Shown: positions 61,509-64,000 of the stretch, in pieces | Layout of the letters: each line of letters opens with the position of its first letter | Numbering within the stretch: position 1 is the stretch's first letter | Assembly (NCBI GenBank): GCA_963847445.1 | Contig: CAWJZV010000016.1 | Coordinates: forward strand, 34,814 to 98,813 | DNA from: an uncultured delta proteobacterium | GTDB lineage: Bacteria > Desulfobacterota > Binatia > UBA9968 | Reading direction: 5' to 3' | DNA length: 64,000 nucleotides | Notes under the pieces: model-generated | The model's database searches: none | Told to the model about the DNA's origin: nothing | The model's input: only the letters and a program-made list of their open reading frames with translations | Position numbers and translations under genes: made by a program

Positions 61509-62750
61509 TCACTGCAACGGCAACGTCAGTAACTTTTGCTCCGGGAAAATCAGATGCTCGTGGCCGGTTTCGGTCACGGCGCAGGTGTATTCGACTTGCA
61601 CGGTGCCCCAGCCGGCTTCGTGGTTCGAGGCTTCCAGGTTCATGGTCATGCCGGGTTCGACGGGGATGTTGGTCGTGTTGGGCAGGAACGGATCGTCGAG
61701 TTCTTCGGCCGGACCGAGCAGGAATGGAAACTCGCGCGCTTCCAAGCCGATGGTGTGGCCGAGGAAGAAGTTGGAATAGTTCGGCAGGCCGTTGGCGCGC
61801 ACGCCGGCGATCATGGTTTCATAGAGTTCTTGCGGCCGGACGCCTGGTTTCAGAGCTTCCACCGACTTCAACACGCCGGCTTGGATGGCGTCGTAGCGTT
61901 TGCGGTGCTCCGCCGTCGGTTCGGCGCCGACGCAGCCGGATTTGCACACGTCGGCATGATAGCCGTTGATCGAGCAGCCCATGTCGACGCGGAAGATATC
62001 GCCCTTCTGCAGCACGTTGTCTTTGATCGCCGGAAAGTTGCCGCCGCGCGTCACCGCCATGTGCATCCAATAAACTTGCCCGCCGGCCTTGGCGATCTCG
62101 CCTTTGTAAATGCTCGCCAGCTCGTTCTCCGTCACTCTCGGCCGGCAGGCGCGCAGCATTGAGTTGATCGCCGCTTCATTGACCTCGGCGGCCTCTCTGA
62201 GCCGCTGAATCTCATCGGGCGTCTTGATCATGCGCACGTAGCGAAAAAACGTCGACGCCGGCAACAGCGTCGCCCGCGGCAGATTGGCGCGGATCTTTTC
62301 GTACTGGGTGATCGGAATGGCAAAGTGATCCAAGCCGATGCGCCCTTTGCCCATGCCTTTGTCTTGGATCAGTTGCGCCAGCGCTTTTTCCGGAGTCAGC
62401 CCTTTGGAATCGCTGCCGGCGAGCTTCACCGTGCGCTGCTCGACGGCGGAAAGCTTGGACATGTCGGCGATATGCGGATTTCTCGGCCGGCCGTAGATAT
62501 ACTTCTCTTCGATCCGCACGTCATCGATGGAAGCATAACCGACATCGCTGCCGGGAATCAGCAGCGCCGGCTTGTGCGCCGGATCGCGCGGATAAACGAC
62601 ATAGACTTGCGAGCCGCCGTAGCGATAACCGTTCTGACTCCACGACGCATGGCCGCTCAAGTAATAAATATTCTCCGGCGTCGCCGCGACCACGCCGACG
62701 AGGTCATGTTTGTCCATCAGAGCGAGTAAGCGTTCTTTGTTGTAAAGCAT
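61509..62750 (-). CDS. Xaa-Pro peptidase (M24) family protein
   Basis: ENIYYLSG; RMIKTPDEI; DMG...YHAD; GHTIGLEARE; NLE. Confidence 0.85.
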   Translation of the reverse strand: MLYNKERLLALMDKHDLVGVVAATPENIYYLSGHASWSQNGYRYGGSQVYVVYPRDPAHKPALLIPGSDVGYASIDDVRIEEKYIYGRPRNPHIADMSKLSAVEQRTVKLAGSDSKGLTPEKALAQLIQDKGMGKGRIGLDHFAIPITQYEKIRANLPRATLLPASTFFRYVRMIKTPDEIQRLREAAEVNEAAINSMLRACRPRVTENELASIYKGEIAKAGGQVYWMHMAVTRGGNFPAIKDNVLQKGDIFRVDMGCSINGYHADVCKSGCVGAEPTAEHRKRYDAIQAGVLKSVEALKPGVRPQELYETMIAGVRANGLPNYSNFFLGHTIGLEAREFPFLLGPAEELDDPFLPNTTNIPVEPGMTMNLEASNHEAGWGTVQVEYTCAVTETGHEHLIFPEQKLLTLPLQ

Positions 62751-62777
62751 GGGAAATTCCTCCAATAAATTTTCCAG

Positions 62778-62860
62778 TTGGAGTACTGGAGTGATGGAGT
62801 ACTGGAGTATGCAATCTCGCCCAACACTCCATTATCCATTACTCCATTACTCCATATTCT
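62778..62860. repeat. TGGAGTRW octamer inverted-repeat element
   Basis: TTGGAGTACTGGAGTGATGGAGTACTGGAGT...CCAACACTCCATTATCCATTACTCCATTACTCCA. Confidence 0.7.
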
Positions 62861-64000
62861 TCATACTCCAGTTCTGATCTCCACGGCCGCGGCTCCAGCG
62901 GCTTCACGGCGATTTCCAATACCGCCGGACCGGGATGAGCCAAAGCGCGCTGCAGCGCCGGCTGCAATTCCTGCGGCTTGCGAGATGCGCTCGCCGAAGG
63001 CGCCCAGCGCCCGCGCCACGCCGGCGTAGTCGCCGCGCAGCGAGATGCCGATCTCATGGCCTTTGAAGCGCTCGTGCAAGGTCTCGCGGCTGGCGCCGAG
63101 ACTTTCGTTGTTGAGAATCACCGTCAGCGTGCGGATGTCATTGCGCGCGGCGGTTTCGATCTCCATGCCGGTCATGCCGAAGGAACCGTCGCCGGTGAAG
63201 TTCACCACGGTCTTATCGGGATTGCCCAGCTTGGCACCCATCGCCGCCGGCGTCGACCAGCCCATGGCGCTGGTGCCGCCGAAACCGATGAAGCCCAGCG
63301 GATTCAACGCTTCGTAATGATGCGACACATAGGCGCGCGTCACGCCGGCATCGTGCAACAGAATGGTTTTTTTCGCATCGAGCTGATGGGTCAGATCCCA
63401 ACAGGCGCGATAGGGATTCATCGGCACTTCGTCGGAAGTCAGCCGCGGATTCCAGGAATCCAGCCACTTGTTCTTCAGTTCCTTGATCTCGGCGGCGACA
63501 TCGGCCGCCATGCCTTTGCGATAGACGGCGAGCTTTTCTTTACCCTGCGACAGCAACGCGCGCAGGAACAGTTGAATGTCCGAGAGCACCACCAGATCGG
63601 CGGGATAATTTTTGTGCAGCTCGGCAGCGTCGATATCGACCTGAACCAGTTTCGCATGGGCCGGCTTGGGCAGCCAGCTGGAAGTCGCGTGTTGACGGAA
63701 GCTGCAACCGAGCGCAATCACCAAATCCGCCTCTTCGGCGAACTTGCGCGACTGTCCGGTGCTGTAGACAGCGCGCGGGTAACCACCCAGCCCGAAGCAT
63801 AATGGGTGATCCTCGGGCATCGCTCCCTTCGCCGGCAGCGTCGCCATCACCGGCAGCGCGTAGGTCTCGGCGACTTGAACCAGATGCGTCGGTCGCGCCC
63901 GACCAGAGCGCGCCGCGGCCGACGTAGATCAGCGGCCGCTTGGCGCCTTGCAACAGTTCGATCAGCTTGTCGACATCGTCGGGGTCGGGACCGAAACGCA
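62839..64000 (-). CDS. thiamine pyrophosphate-binding enzyme (acetolactate synthase-like), 5' partial, frameshifted
   Basis: RPLIYVGRG; AKGAMPEDHPL; GDGSFGM...LNN TPP motif. Confidence 0.88.

Noticed and set aside
24007-62860. Octamer repeat elements as CRISPR arrays
   Set aside because: There is no constant 23-47 bp repeat with unique spacers and no cas genes.
1951-64000. Many frameshifted genes (GST, radical SAM, UbiD, MFS, binding proteins, cupin, TPP enzyme) as programmed frameshifting or mass pseudogenisation
   Set aside because: The breaks are scattered single-base indels, often in short homopolymers, with otherwise intact sequence on both sides. This is most consistent with long-read consensus error.

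Overview
GC-rich bacterial window. The gene content (many orphan NMT1/THI5- and TctC-type solute-binding proteins, LLM monooxygenases, amidohydrolases, cupins) suggests a Candidatus Binatia-like or deltaproteobacterial soil/sediment genome; this taxonomy is an inference. Many genes carry single-base frameshifts, probably long-read errors. The standout is a ~7 kb redox island at 4290-11142. Twelve or so apparent ORF fragments there resolve into six genes, each with one in-frame TGA at a catalytic Cys position: one OsmC-like, three AhpD-like (CxxU) and two peroxiredoxin-like (UPYC). Each TGA is followed by a SECIS-like hairpin, so this reads as a dense selenoprotein cluster. The island also encodes a reductive-dehalogenase/QueG-like 2x[4Fe-4S] protein, an apparently non-catalytic AhpD paralog, a Cys-type OsmC paralog and a GntR/HutC regulator. 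A 34-bp operator-like box recurs (31/34 identical) in both divergent promoter regions. The rest of the window has a HigBA-type toxin-antitoxin pair, a catabolic-looking cluster (2 class II aldolases, 2 heme-oxygenase-like diiron proteins, 3 dihydroxyphthalate-decarboxylase-like proteins), a UbiD decarboxylase, an HD-GYP protein, a peptide ABC transporter and several intergenic palindromic repeat families. I found no rRNA, tRNA, CRISPR array or sel machinery genes.
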